Shown here one piece after another: positions 1 through 9,494 of a DNA stretch of 64,000 bases. Position 1 is the first letter of the stretch; the number at the start of each line of letters is the position of its first letter. Below the pieces are notes generated by a model that was not told the origin of the DNA, ran no database searches, and saw nothing but the letters and a program-made list of their open reading frames with translations. Position numbers and translations under genes: made by a program. The DNA lies in assembly GCA_963733035.1 (NCBI GenBank), contig CAVTBU010000005.1, forward strand, positions 2,688,001 through 2,752,000, in the 5' to 3' direction. This stretch comes from Pirellulales bacterium. Lineage in GTDB: Bacteria > Planctomycetota > Planctomycetia > Pirellulales > PALSA-1355.

Positions 1-270
1 TGGAGCGCCGATCCGGATATTCAAAGCACGCTGCACACGCTGCTGCCCCCCGATTTACCCGAGCGACTGAGCCCTGGCCAAGCCGCGCAGCTTTGCGAAC
101 TGCTCGAATACCTGCACGTTCGCATCCGCGATCTGTTGAACGCGGTGAAAATCAAGGCCGACGACGACCAGGTGACTCTCGAAGTGCGACACTGGCAAAA
201 CCTCGTCGATTTACAGTCGCGATTGGCCAGTTACCTTCGCGCGATCGGGCAACCGCCGGAAGACGAATAG
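1..270 (+). CDS. 3' part of a protein truncated by the window edge (possibly the C-terminus of a planctomycete FHA-domain protein)
   Basis: Frame +1 is open from base 1 to TAG at 268-270 (WSADPDIQSTLHTLLPPDLPERLSPGQAAQLCELLEYLH...LASYLRAIGQPPEDE). Family guess is from memory only. Confidence 0.6.
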   Translation, partial: WSADPDIQSTLHTLLPPDLPERLSPGQAAQLCELLEYLHVRIRDLLNAVKIKADDDQVTLEVRHWQNLVDLQSRLASYLRAIGQPPEDE

Positions 271-339
271 GCCTGCTGGTTCGCAAGGACTCAAGCGGCG
301 AGTAATCTCTAGCTCAAGCGCCTTGGAACGCAATTCACG

Positions 340-2484
340 ATGGCGCAACTCATTCTCGAACAACTTTCACCGCGCGTCCGAAAGTCAGACATTCTGCGAT
401 TGCTCGACAACGCCGGCGGCCTCGCTGGCAACCGCGTCGGAAAGATCGAACTTTCCGGCGGCCATGCGTCAGTCGAAGTGCCCAGCGGTTGGGAGGCTCG
501 GCTCGCCAAGGCACTCGACGGTGCCACGCTGCACGGCCGTAAACTCGTAGCCTGGGCAAGCCAGACCACCGGCGACACCTCGGACGACGGTCACGAGCAC
601 CTGCGGCGCCTCGTCCGCTTGATCGAAATCGAGCGCCAGGCCGAAAGCGAACGGGCGGTCGAACTTTGCCGAAAGCTTTCTCCCAGCGAAGCCGAACGGG
701 CCGGCCATTCGCTCGTCGATTTGGTAATCGTCGATGAGGAAGCAGGGCTCGGCGGGCGATATCTGATCAAACTGGCCAAACGTCAACGTGGCCGGCTCCC
801 CTGGACGCGACTGGGCGTCGGTAGTCCCGTGGTACTCACCTCAGCCGCCGATGCTAAGATCGCCACGCGGGGCGTCGTGTACGACCGCCGTGACGAGACG
901 ATCGCCGTGGCGATCTCGCAGCTTCCCGATCATTCCGAAGACGTCAACCTTTGGCGGCTCGATCTGTCGAGCGACGAAATCTCCAGCCAGCGGCAACGTG
1001 CAGCGCTCGAACGAGCCATGCGGGCCAGCGGCGACCGGTTGGCCCATCTGCGCGACGTTCTACTCGGAAAGTTGGAGCCCACATTCGATACAACCGAAGT
1101 CGAGGCCTGCCTTGATGCCGGCCTAAACTCCACCCAGCAGGCGACGGTTGACTTTACTCTTGCAGCCCGCGACGTGGCCCTCGTACACGGTCCGCCGGGA
1201 ACCGGCAAAACCACGACGATTGTGGAACTGATTCGTCGCGCCGTGCGTCGCGGCGAGAAGGTGCTCGCCTGCGGGCCCAGCAATATGGCCGTGGACAATC
1301 TTTTCGAGCGACTACTTGCATACGGCGAACGCGCCGTCCGGCTGGGCCATCCCGCCCGCGTAATGCCAGAACTGCGCGCGCACACGCTCGAACTGCTGGT
1401 CGAGCGGCATGAGGACGTCCGGCTCGCTCGCAAACTGGTGAAGGATGCTTTGGCTCTATTCCGCCGCGCCGGACGGACGACGCGAGCCAAGCCCGAGCCG
1501 GGCGCCCGCCGTGAAATGCGGGCCGAAGCCAAGTCGCTGCTATCCGACGCCCGCCGTCTCGAAGCGCAGGCGGTCGAACATATTCTCGACACGGCAGACA
1601 TTCTATGTGCCACCACCACGGGTCTCGACGAAAACGTGCTCGGCGGCCGCCGGTTCGACTTGGTCGTCATCGACGAAGCCTGCCAGAGCACCGAGCCCGG
1701 CTGCTGGATCGCGATCGGCCGGGCCGAGCGAGTTGTGCTGGCCGGCGATCATCGACAGCTGCCACCGACCGTGCTTAGCGCCCAAGCAGAGCAGGAGGGC
1801 TATGCCGTTAGCCTGTTCGAACGGCTGGCTGAGTCGCACGGCGACGCGCTCGTTAGGCGCCTCGATACACAATACCGCATGCACACCGCGATCATGGACT
1901 TCTCGTCGCTGGAGTTTTACGACGCGGAACTTCTGGCCGACGCAACCGTCGAGGGTCACCGGTTGTGCAATTTGCCGGGCGTGACGAAGACGCCACTCAC
2001 CGAAACGCCAATTGAGTTTATCGACACCGCCGGCGCCAGTTACGACGAAGAGTTGGAGTCCGACGGACAAAGCCGGCTGAATCGTCACGAGGCGGAATTG
2101 GTGGCGCTGAAGGTTCGGGCACTGCTGGATGCGGGAGTTCCCGCCAACCAGATCGGCGTGATCACGCCTTACGCGGCCCAGGCTCGATTATTGCGAGAAA
2201 AGCTGCCGATCGACGACTTGGAGATCGATACCGTCGACGGCTTTCAGGGGCGGGAAAAGGAAGCGATCGTCATTTCTCTGGTGCGTTCGAACGAGTCCGG
2301 CGAGATTGGATTTCTCTCGGACCTGCGGCGGACAAACGTGGCGATGACCCGCGCGAGACGAAAGCTGCTGATGGTGGGCGACAGTGCCACCCTCTCCTCC
2401 GATCCGTTCTACGCCCGCATGATCGCGTATTTTGAATCGCTTGCGGCTTACCGCACGGTGTGGGAAGAGGGAGGGGCCGTTTGA
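340..2484 (+). CDS. SF1 helicase, Upf1/IGHMBP2 (SMUBP-2)-like, with N-terminal DbpA-type RNA-binding domain
   Basis: Walker A GPPGTGKT, motif II DEACQ, motif III GDHRQLPP, QYRM, TVDGFQGREK, motif VI RRTNVAMTRAR. N-terminal ~70 aa match the DbpA RBD pattern. Confidence 0.9.
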   Translation: MAQLILEQLSPRVRKSDILRLLDNAGGLAGNRVGKIELSGGHASVEVPSGWEARLAKALDGATLHGRKLVAWASQTTGDTSDDGHEHLRRLVRLIEIERQAESERAVELCRKLSPSEAERAGHSLVDLVIVDEEAGLGGRYLIKLAKRQRGRLPWTRLGVGSPVVLTSAADAKIATRGVVYDRRDETIAVAISQLPDHSEDVNLWRLDLSSDEISSQRQRAALERAMRASGDRLAHLRDVLLGKLEPTFDTTEVEACLDAGLNSTQQATVDFTLAARDVALVHGPPGTGKTTTIVELIRRAVRRGEKVLACGPSNMAVDNLFERLLAYGERAVRLGHPARVMPELRAHTLELLVERHEDVRLARKLVKDALALFRRAGRTTRAKPEPGARREMRAEAKSLLSDARRLEAQAVEHILDTADILCATTTGLDENVLGGRRFDLVVIDEACQSTEPGCWIAIGRAERVVLAGDHRQLPPTVLSAQAEQEGYAVSLFERLAESHGDALVRRLDTQYRMHTAIMDFSSLEFYDAELLADATVEGHRLCNLPGVTKTPLTETPIEFIDTAGASYDEELESDGQSRLNRHEAELVALKVRALLDAGVPANQIGVITPYAAQARLLREKLPIDDLEIDTVDGFQGREKEAIVISLVRSNESGEIGFLSDLRRTNVAMTRARRKLLMVGDSATLSSDPFYARMIAYFESLAAYRTVWEEGGAV

Positions 2485-2499
2485 AGATGGGGCGCGCCG

Positions 2500-3195
2500 T
2501 TAGGCGGCCCGGTCGGAATGCCGAGAACTGCGTTTCGGCAGACGGTAGAGCAGGGTGTTGCCCTGCTTGCCGACGTGCTCCACGGCTTGCATTTCGCGCA
2601 GGCAGTAGGCGATGCGCTGCGCCACGTGACGTTGTATTTCGCAGTGTTCGGCAAGCATGCCAGTGTGGAACTCGGACGGCAATCCCCGCGGCAGTAGGCG
2701 GATCAAGTCGGCCGCTTTTCGCAATCGCACACCTTCGCCAACTGACACGAGCCGCTGATCGGCCACGACGTGATCGCCCTTGCGCCACCGTCGGCGGCGG
2801 CCGTGTCCCGGGTAGCGCCATTCTTCAATGTCGACCAGCACGACTTCCAGCGAAAGTCTCGGGTGCGGAAAGACGCGCGTGAAGTACACGAGTTCGTCAA
2901 ACACGTTGAGTAACGTGCCGCGCTTGGGACTCAAGCGGCGCGAGTGCGGCGGACTGTCGGCATCGGCCTGTTTGACGAGCAACTTTTGCCGCACAATCGG
3001 TTTTACAACCAATACGCGGTGCGACTCAACCAACTTGCGGATCTTGTCGCGAATGGCCGCGAGCGAGCCGTGTTGAATTTCGATCAAGCGGCCGCGGCTC
3101 ACCGCGTCGATGCGGTAATTCTCCAGCACGACCTCCGTCCGAGCGGTGGCGCCGGCGTAGATTCGCTTTAGTTCGCGATGCAGCGACGTTTCCAT
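2500..3195 (-). CDS. Conserved hypothetical protein, probable PD-(D/E)XK-like nuclease fold with C-terminal winged HTH
   Basis: Start METSLHRELK with GGAGA RBS upstream; E..RID...IEIQ motif; C-terminal helix-turn-helix-wing pattern. Confidence 0.6.
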   Translation of the reverse strand: METSLHRELKRIYAGATARTEVVLENYRIDAVSRGRLIEIQHGSLAAIRDKIRKLVESHRVLVVKPIVRQKLLVKQADADSPPHSRRLSPKRGTLLNVFDELVYFTRVFPHPRLSLEVVLVDIEEWRYPGHGRRRRWRKGDHVVADQRLVSVGEGVRLRKAADLIRLLPRGLPSEFHTGMLAEHCEIQRHVAQRIAYCLREMQAVEHVGKQGNTLLYRLPKRSSRHSDRAA

Positions 3196-3260
3196 CGTAT
3201 GCAGGTCTCCTCCCTGAGAACTGCCCAGGCCGCAGGCGCGCCCGAATGACTCTTCCATTT

Positions 3261-3824
3261 TCAGGACTTCGGTGATTCGATGCCGAAGTCGCGAATCGAG
3301 AACAGGCTGGTGAACGCATAGCCACGCTTCGTGAACGCTTCGGCGCCTCCCTCCATGCGGTCGATGATCGCGATCACCTGCTTGACCTTCAATCCCTCGG
3401 CTTCAAGGCGTTCGATGGCCAGGAGTGACGACCCGCCGGTCGTCACGACATCCTCGACGACGACCACTTCGTCCCCCGGTTGGACCGGTCCTTCAACAAA
3501 CTTTTGTGTGCCGTGCCCCTTGGCTTCCTTGCGAACGAGAATTCCTTTGAGCGGAATGCCGCGCACGCCGGCCACGGTAATCACCGCTGCCGTGATCGGG
3601 TCGGCTCCGATCGACATGCCCCCCACCGCCACTGGAAGCTTGTCGCCCAGCAGCTCCAGAATGCCCTCGCCCACGAGCTTGGCGCCAGCCGAGTCGAGCG
3701 TCACCTGTTTGCCGTCGAGATAGTAGCTGGCCTTCTTGCCCGAGACGAGTGTGAATTCTCCGAACTTGAGGGCCTTTTCGCGAATCAGATCCAGCAACGC
3801 CTGCTTGTCGTACACTCCTGACAC
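3261..3824 (-). CDS. pyrE: Orotate phosphoribosyltransferase
   Basis: FTLVSGKKASYYLD, RKEAKGHG loop, PRPP motif VVEDVVTTGGS. Confidence 0.95.
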   Translation of the reverse strand: MSGVYDKQALLDLIREKALKFGEFTLVSGKKASYYLDGKQVTLDSAGAKLVGEGILELLGDKLPVAVGGMSIGADPITAAVITVAGVRGIPLKGILVRKEAKGHGTQKFVEGPVQPGDEVVVVEDVVTTGGSSLLAIERLEAEGLKVKQVIAIIDRMEGGAEAFTKRGYAFTSLFSIRDFGIESPKS

Positions 3825-4069
3825 TCCTCCCTAGTCGAATCGAATAGGCCGAAATTCTGGGACCGGCATCGGGCTTTATGGTAACGGACCGACCGCGAGC
3901 TGAAACAGGTCAAAAGCGGAGCGAAAAATGCCGAAACGGCCAACTGAATCGCGGAACGCCCAAGCACCGGCTGCTGCTTTCGAATACGTGACAGGCGCCT
4001 GGCCTGAAATAAACTCTTGCTTGTCGCCCAAGAAGCGATTCTCGTGGTCACCTAGCGAGGGAACTTACC

Positions 4070-5218
4070 ATGGTTCGTCGTCCGCATTTCGGCCTGCACA
4101 TGATGGCGTCGCTGGCAATTTCGACCGCGCTCGCCTATCTGCTATTCGCCGCGAGTCTCTTGGCCGCTGAACTGCCGGCCGACGCTCGGGCCGATATCGA
4201 TGCCCGCATCAACGCGTTCCTTGAGAAATCCAAAGCTCCCGGAATCTCCGCCGCGTTTGTCGTCGATCACGACGTGTGCTACGAGCAGGGTTACGGTCTG
4301 GCCGACGTCGAGAACAATGTGCCGGCAACACCCCAGTCGGTTTATCGGCTGGCATCCATATCGAAAATGCTTACGGCGGTGGGAGCGTTGCAGTTAGTTG
4401 AGGCGGGGAAGCTCGATCTGTCGGCGCCCGTTCAAAAGTACGTGCCTGGTTTTCCCGAGAAGCAAGCACCGATCACTTGCGACCTGCTGCTCAAACATCA
4501 GAGCGGAATCCGGCACTACAAAGGCGATGAGGTCCGCAGCGCCGTTGCCTACGCCAACGTGTGCGACTCGTTCCACGTGTTTCAGGACGACCCGCTGCTG
4601 TTCAAACCGGGCGAAAAATTCTCCTACACAACGTATGGATTTAATGTTGCAGGGGCCGCAATCGAAGGGGCCAGCGGCCAGGACTACGTCAGCTATATTC
4701 TCGAGCACGTCTGCAAACCGGCTGGGATGTCGTCCATTTGTCCGGACAGCCCATTCAAGATTATTCCGCATCGCGCGGCTGGCTACCGGCGGAGCGGGCC
4801 GGTGCTGGTGAATGACATTGCCGTGAACGTCTCGAACAAGATACCCGGCGGCGGCTGGTGTTCGACGGCCGGCGACCTGGCCCGCTTCGCGATCGCCCTG
4901 TGCCAGGGGAAATTGATCAGCGAGGAGACGCTCGAGCTGATGTGGACCCCCCAGAAAACGGCGAGCGGCGAGCAAACAGGCGCCGGCTACGGCTGTTTCA
5001 TCACGACGGCGCGCGATGGCGACCGACTGATTTCGCACTCGGGCGGTCAGCCTAAGGTCACCACTTACCTCGTGTTTTCGCCAGCGAACCAGACGGCCGT
5101 GGCCCTGATGTGCAATTTGCGGGGGGCGGCGGGTTTGCGGCCGTTGGCCGAGACGTTGATCGCCGTGCTTGAGGGAGCGGGGCAAAAAGCGGACGCCGCC
5201 CCAGTCGGAGCCCCATGA
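4070..5218 (+). CDS. Secreted serine hydrolase, beta-lactamase/AmpC-like family
   Basis: Signal peptide; SxxK (ASISK); LLKHQSG; YTTYGF; HSGG. Confidence 0.85.
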   Translation: MVRRPHFGLHMMASLAISTALAYLLFAASLLAAELPADARADIDARINAFLEKSKAPGISAAFVVDHDVCYEQGYGLADVENNVPATPQSVYRLASISKMLTAVGALQLVEAGKLDLSAPVQKYVPGFPEKQAPITCDLLLKHQSGIRHYKGDEVRSAVAYANVCDSFHVFQDDPLLFKPGEKFSYTTYGFNVAGAAIEGASGQDYVSYILEHVCKPAGMSSICPDSPFKIIPHRAAGYRRSGPVLVNDIAVNVSNKIPGGGWCSTAGDLARFAIALCQGKLISEETLELMWTPQKTASGEQTGAGYGCFITTARDGDRLISHSGGQPKVTTYLVFSPANQTAVALMCNLRGAAGLRPLAETLIAVLEGAGQKADAAPVGAP

Positions 5219-5321
5219 GTGGCCCGCCGAGCGGCACGGGATGCGGGGTTCCACGGCCTGAATGGAAATATCGGACCGCATTGGCCGGTAAAACACGACT
5301 TCCGCTTTGGTGCCCAGGCTC

Positions 5322-5327
5322 TATAAT
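5322..5327 (+). promoter_or_regulatory. Sigma70 -10 element upstream of rpmI
   Basis: Perfect TATAAT ~50 nt upstream of the rpmI ATG. Confidence 0.55.
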
Positions 5328-5379
5328 GGCGGATTCAGATTTGTTACGAGATTCTGGGCTTTCGACTCGGTAAGCAATC

Positions 5380-5583
5380 ATGCCAAAGCAGAAGACCCAC
5401 AAGGGCGTTAAGAAGCGTTTTCGCACCACCGCCTCGGGCAAGGTCAAGCACCGTCAGGCCGGCACCAGCCACTTGGCCGCCCGCATGACCCACAAGCGGA
5501 AGCGAAACCTCCGCGGCACGAAGGTGCTGGACGAGGAATTCACCGAAAACATCAAGATCGCCTTGGCTGGCAACAGCTACTGA
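5380..5583 (+). CDS. rpmI: 50S ribosomal protein L35
   Basis: [24 protein letters not shown] signature; directly upstream of rplT. Confidence 0.97.
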   Translation: MPKQKTHKGVKKRFRTTASGKVKHRQAGTSHLAARMTHKRKRNLRGTKVLDEEFTENIKIALAGNSY

Positions 5584-5757
5584 ATGGTTAGGGCCGAGAA
5601 CGGCCATGCGGAGCGACCCAGTCGCTCCGCGAATCACGGACGACGTGTCGCTAAAGTATGCCGACCGTCGGCCGCACACGCATGCGGGCGGTACAACGCT
5701 CGGAGCGACTTTTCGCCCGGGGGCCTGGTCATGCGGCAGATGGGTAGGTAGAGAGAA

Positions 5758-6112
5758 ATGCGTACACTCAAGGGTGCCGCGCAACAAAGCCAAGCGGCGG
5801 CTATTCAAGAAGGTCAAAGGCTATCGTGGCGGCCGCGGCAACATGTTCCGCACCGCCAAGGAAACTCTGGTCCGCGCCGGCGTCTACGCGTTCCGCGATC
5901 GCCGCGTCCGCAAGCGCGAGTTCCGCAAGCTGTGGATCATCCGCATCAACGCCGCCTGCCGCGAGCGGGGCCTGCGGTATAGCGAGTTCATCCACGGGCT
6001 GGAAAAAGCGAACATCGTGCTCGATCGCAAGTCGCTCTCGGAAATGGCCATCCACGACCCGGCCGGTTTTGACACCGTCGTGGAAAAGGTCAAGGCGGCA
6101 CTGGCGGCCTAG
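5758..6112 (+). CDS. rplT: 50S ribosomal protein L20 (apparent 2-nt deletion near 5780, probably a sequencing error)
   Basis: MRTLKGAA in one frame, [20 protein letters not shown]...[21 protein letters not shown] in another. Adding GC to gccgcgcaac joins them. Confidence 0.95.
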
Positions 6113-6173
6113 GCTACGAGTCGCGCGGCAGTTGGCTGGTTGTTATGCTTACGCTGCGTGAGCTGGCAACCGG

Positions 6174-6202
6174 ACGTTGCTGTTTCGAGCGACGTTGTTT
6201 TT
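6174..6202 (+). terminator. Hairpin plus U-tract between rplT and pheS (terminator/attenuator-like)
   Basis: ACGTTGCT-GTTTCG-AGCGACGT followed by TGTTTTT; preceded by a second long hairpin at ~6136-6173. Confidence 0.5.
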
Positions 6203-6216
6203 CGATGGTTGAGCCG

Positions 6217-7246
6217 ATGGCCTTGACTGCATTCCAGGCTGAACTCGATTCGTTTGCCGCCGCCGCACAGGCGGCATTTTCGGCGGCTACCGACTCCGAT
6301 ACGCTCGAAGCGGCCCGCGTGGAATTCCTGGGCGCCAAGAGCGGCCGTTTGAAAACGGTTCAAAAGCAACTCGGCGGCATTCCCAAGGAAGATAAGCCCG
6401 CCGCCGGCAAGGCGTTCAACGAAGCCAAAGTAAATGTGGAAGCGGCCTTTGCCGCCGCGAGGCAGCGTCTCGCTTCGGGCGTCGCGGACACCCATAGCGA
6501 ACCGTTCGACCGCACGCTCCCCGGCAGGCGTCCCACGCTCGGCCATCTGCATCCGATCACGCAAACGATCGACGAACTAAAGGACCTGATGGGCCGGCTC
6601 GGCTTCACCGCGGCGGTGGGTCCGGAAATCGAGGACGAGTGGCATAACTTCGAAGCGCTCAACATTCCGGCTGCGCATCCAGCCCGCGATCCGCTGGAAA
6701 ACTTCTACGTTTCGGTTGCCGGCGTCACGACCGGCGCGCCACTGCTGCTACGTAGCCAAACGAGCACCGTGCAGATTCGCGTGATGGAAAGTACGCCGCC
6801 GCCGGTGCGAATCGTTTCCTTGGGACGCGTCTATCGGCCTGATACGGCCGACGCCACGCACTACCCGATGTTCCATCAGATCGAAGGCCTGCTGGTGGAT
6901 AAGCGCGTCACGATGGCCGATCTCAAGAGCGTGCTGCGTCTGTTCGCCAGCAGCTTTCTGGGCGGCGACGTGCACATTCGCTTCCGGCCATCGTTCTTTC
7001 CGTTCACCGAGCCGAGCGTCGAGGTGGACATGAGCTGGCACGACGACCAGGGGAACCCTCGCTGGATCGAGATGGGCGGCGCCGGCATGGTCGACCCGAA
7101 CGTACTCAAGGCCGTCGGCTACGATCCGGAGGAAGTGACCGGCTTTGCCTTCGGGCTGGGCGTCGAGCGCGTTTGCGCGGCGGCACAACGTTACGGACAT
7201 TCGCGAGTTCTACCGCAATGACGTGCGGTTCTTGCACCAGTTTTAG
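6217..7246 (+). CDS. pheS: Phenylalanine--tRNA ligase alpha subunit (apparent 2-nt deletion near 7178)
   Basis: [34 protein letters not shown]. The true C-terminus [21 protein letters not shown] lies in a shifted frame ending at 7246. Confidence 0.95.
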
Positions 7247-7261
7247 CGGGATTGATTAAGC

Positions 7262-9295
7262 ATGCTCGTTTCCTGGGACTGGCTGAAACAATACGTCAAG
7301 CTCGACATGACGCCCGACGAGGCGGCCGAGCGGTTGATGATGGCCGGCCTCAACCACGAAGATACGCACGCCGTCGGCAACGATTTGGCGATCAACCTGG
7401 AGGTGACCAGCAACCGCCCCGATTGCCTGGGACATATCGGCGTCGCGCGCGAGATTTCGGTGCTGTGGAACCTGCCGCTTACGCTGCCGAAGGCGGACCC
7501 AAAATCTGGAGGCGAGGCCGTCGCGAAGCTGACCCAAGTGCAGGTCGATGATTCGGCGGCCTGCCCCCGTTATACAGCTCGCGTGATTCGAGGGGTGAAG
7601 ATTGCCCCTAGCCCAGCCTGGCTCGTCAATCGTCTGGCCACGGTGGGCATTGGTTCGATCAACAATGTGGTCGACATCACGAACTACGTGCTACTGGAAT
7701 GCGGTCAACCGTTGCACGCTTTTGACCTGGCAAAGCTAGCCGGCGGGCAGATTGTCGTGCGGGCAGCGCGCGACGGCGAGGAGTTTCTGGCGATCAACCA
7801 CAAGTCCTATACGCTCGATCCCTCGGTCTGTGTTATCGCCGATGCCGAGCGAGCCGTCGGCCTGGGCGGCGTGATGGGGGGCGCCGATACGGAAGTCTCC
7901 GACAAGACAATTGACTTGCTGATCGAAAGCGCGCAATTCGACCCGCTCTCAATTCGCGGCACGGCCCGCAAGCTCAACCTGCATAGTGATTCGTCGTATC
8001 GCTTCGAGCGGGGCGTCGACCCGCAAGGCGTCGATTGGGCCAGCCGCCGCTGCTGCGAATTGATTCTGGAACTCGCCGGTGGCACCTTGGCCAAAGGCGT
8101 GATCGATGTGGGCGAGAAACCGACCGCCCGAGAACCAGTCACGCTTCGCTTCGGTCAGCTCAAGCGAGTCCTGGGCATCGACGTGGACCCGCCCGAAGCG
8201 CGGCGGATTCTCACGGCGCTGGGCAATCGGGAACTCGCTCACGACCCGCAGCGGGTGGAAGTGATTCCGCCGTCGTGGCGGCGCGATCTTACGCGAGAAA
8301 TCGACCTGGTCGAGGAAGTTGCCCGGATTCACGGATACGACAAGATTCCCGAGGACGTGAGCGTGCCGATGGCACCCAGTCATCGCACGCAAATTGATCG
8401 CGTGCTGGGCAAGGTCCGTCAGGCGCTGTGTGCCGCGGGATTCGACGAAGCCATGACCCTCAGCGCTGTCGAGGAGAACTGGTCCTCGGCATTCAGCCCC
8501 TGGACCGATGCCCCGCCGTTGCGAGCCTCGACTCCCGTATTGCGCCGGGCAGATCGACTGCGGCGCAGCGTGGTGCCCAGCCTGCTGGGAGCGCGACAGA
8601 CGAATGAGTCGCTTGCAAATCCCCGGATCGAGCTTTTCGAGTCGGCGCACGTCTACCTGCCGCGAGACCGGGGAGAGCTTCCGGCCGAAGAATTGATGAT
8701 TGCCCTCACCAGCGGCGGAGACTATTTGAGCGTCAAGGGTGTGATCGAAGGCGTGCTCGCCGCGCTCAATCCGGCCGCCGAACTGGAAGCCTCGCCCACC
8801 AGGCAGCCACTGCTCGACGTGCAGCGCAGTGCCGAACTTTATGTTCGCCCCCCAGGCACCGAACGCATCCTGTTGGGCTACTTGGGCGAAGTCGGCCCGG
8901 CCGGGCTCAAACAGTTTGACTTGCGCGGCGCAACCACCGTGGCCGAACTCAAACTCGCGACACTGGTGGCCGTAGCTCGGCTTGTACCGCAGTACCGTCA
9001 GCCGCCGGTCTTCCCGGCCGTCTCACGCGACCTGAATCTTGTCGTCGACGAGCGCGTGTTGTGGGACGAGGTGTCAAACACAGTCCGTGAGGCGGCCCAG
9101 CCCCATGTTGAGAACGTCGAATTGCAGGATGTGTATCGCGATCCCGAACGATTGGGCCGCGGCAAGAAAAGTCTGCTATTAGCGCTGACATTGCGGTCTG
9201 CCAGCGGAACACTCACCGGCGAAGAGGCCGACGCCGTGCAAGCGCGTGTCGTGGCCGCGTGCGAAAAATCCCACGGCGCCCAACTGCGGGCGTGA
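7262..9295 (+). CDS. pheT: Phenylalanine--tRNA ligase beta subunit (short form lacking the B2 OB domain)
   Basis: TSNRPDCL, NNVVDITNYVLLECGQPLHAFD, RFERGVD, PSWRRDL, C-terminal FDX-ACB; 677 aa. Confidence 0.95.
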   Translation: MLVSWDWLKQYVKLDMTPDEAAERLMMAGLNHEDTHAVGNDLAINLEVTSNRPDCLGHIGVAREISVLWNLPLTLPKADPKSGGEAVAKLTQVQVDDSAACPRYTARVIRGVKIAPSPAWLVNRLATVGIGSINNVVDITNYVLLECGQPLHAFDLAKLAGGQIVVRAARDGEEFLAINHKSYTLDPSVCVIADAERAVGLGGVMGGADTEVSDKTIDLLIESAQFDPLSIRGTARKLNLHSDSSYRFERGVDPQGVDWASRRCCELILELAGGTLAKGVIDVGEKPTAREPVTLRFGQLKRVLGIDVDPPEARRILTALGNRELAHDPQRVEVIPPSWRRDLTREIDLVEEVARIHGYDKIPEDVSVPMAPSHRTQIDRVLGKVRQALCAAGFDEAMTLSAVEENWSSAFSPWTDAPPLRASTPVLRRADRLRRSVVPSLLGARQTNESLANPRIELFESAHVYLPRDRGELPAEELMIALTSGGDYLSVKGVIEGVLAALNPAAELEASPTRQPLLDVQRSAELYVRPPGTERILLGYLGEVGPAGLKQFDLRGATTVAELKLATLVAVARLVPQYRQPPVFPAVSRDLNLVVDERVLWDEVSNTVREAAQPHVENVELQDVYRDPERLGRGKKSLLLALTLRSASGTLTGEEADAVQARVVAACEKSHGAQLRA

Positions 9296-9494
9296 TCCCC
9301 GACGCCAGCAGCGACATCGGCGACCACCAACTCCTGGTGGATTCCGCCGCCACAGCCGACAATTCCCTTACAACCTTGCTCCGCCGCGCCACCGTCAGCT
9401 ATGCTGAAATAGAGCGGGAGTTCGCTGGTCGGCGGTCTCCCTCTCGACTCCGTCACTGAGGTCGAGGCAGCCAAGCGCCGCGAGGTGGTCGTTG

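Noticed and set aside
6113..6216. pheM-like Phe-rich leader peptide attenuator
   Set aside because: Hairpins are present but there is no short Phe-rich ORF; only a terminator-like structure is supported.
5758..7246. Programmed frameshifting or pseudogenisation of rplT and pheS (also dnaN)
   Set aside because: No slippery heptamers; the same small-indel pattern recurs across unrelated genes; these genes are essential. A sequencing artefact is more likely.
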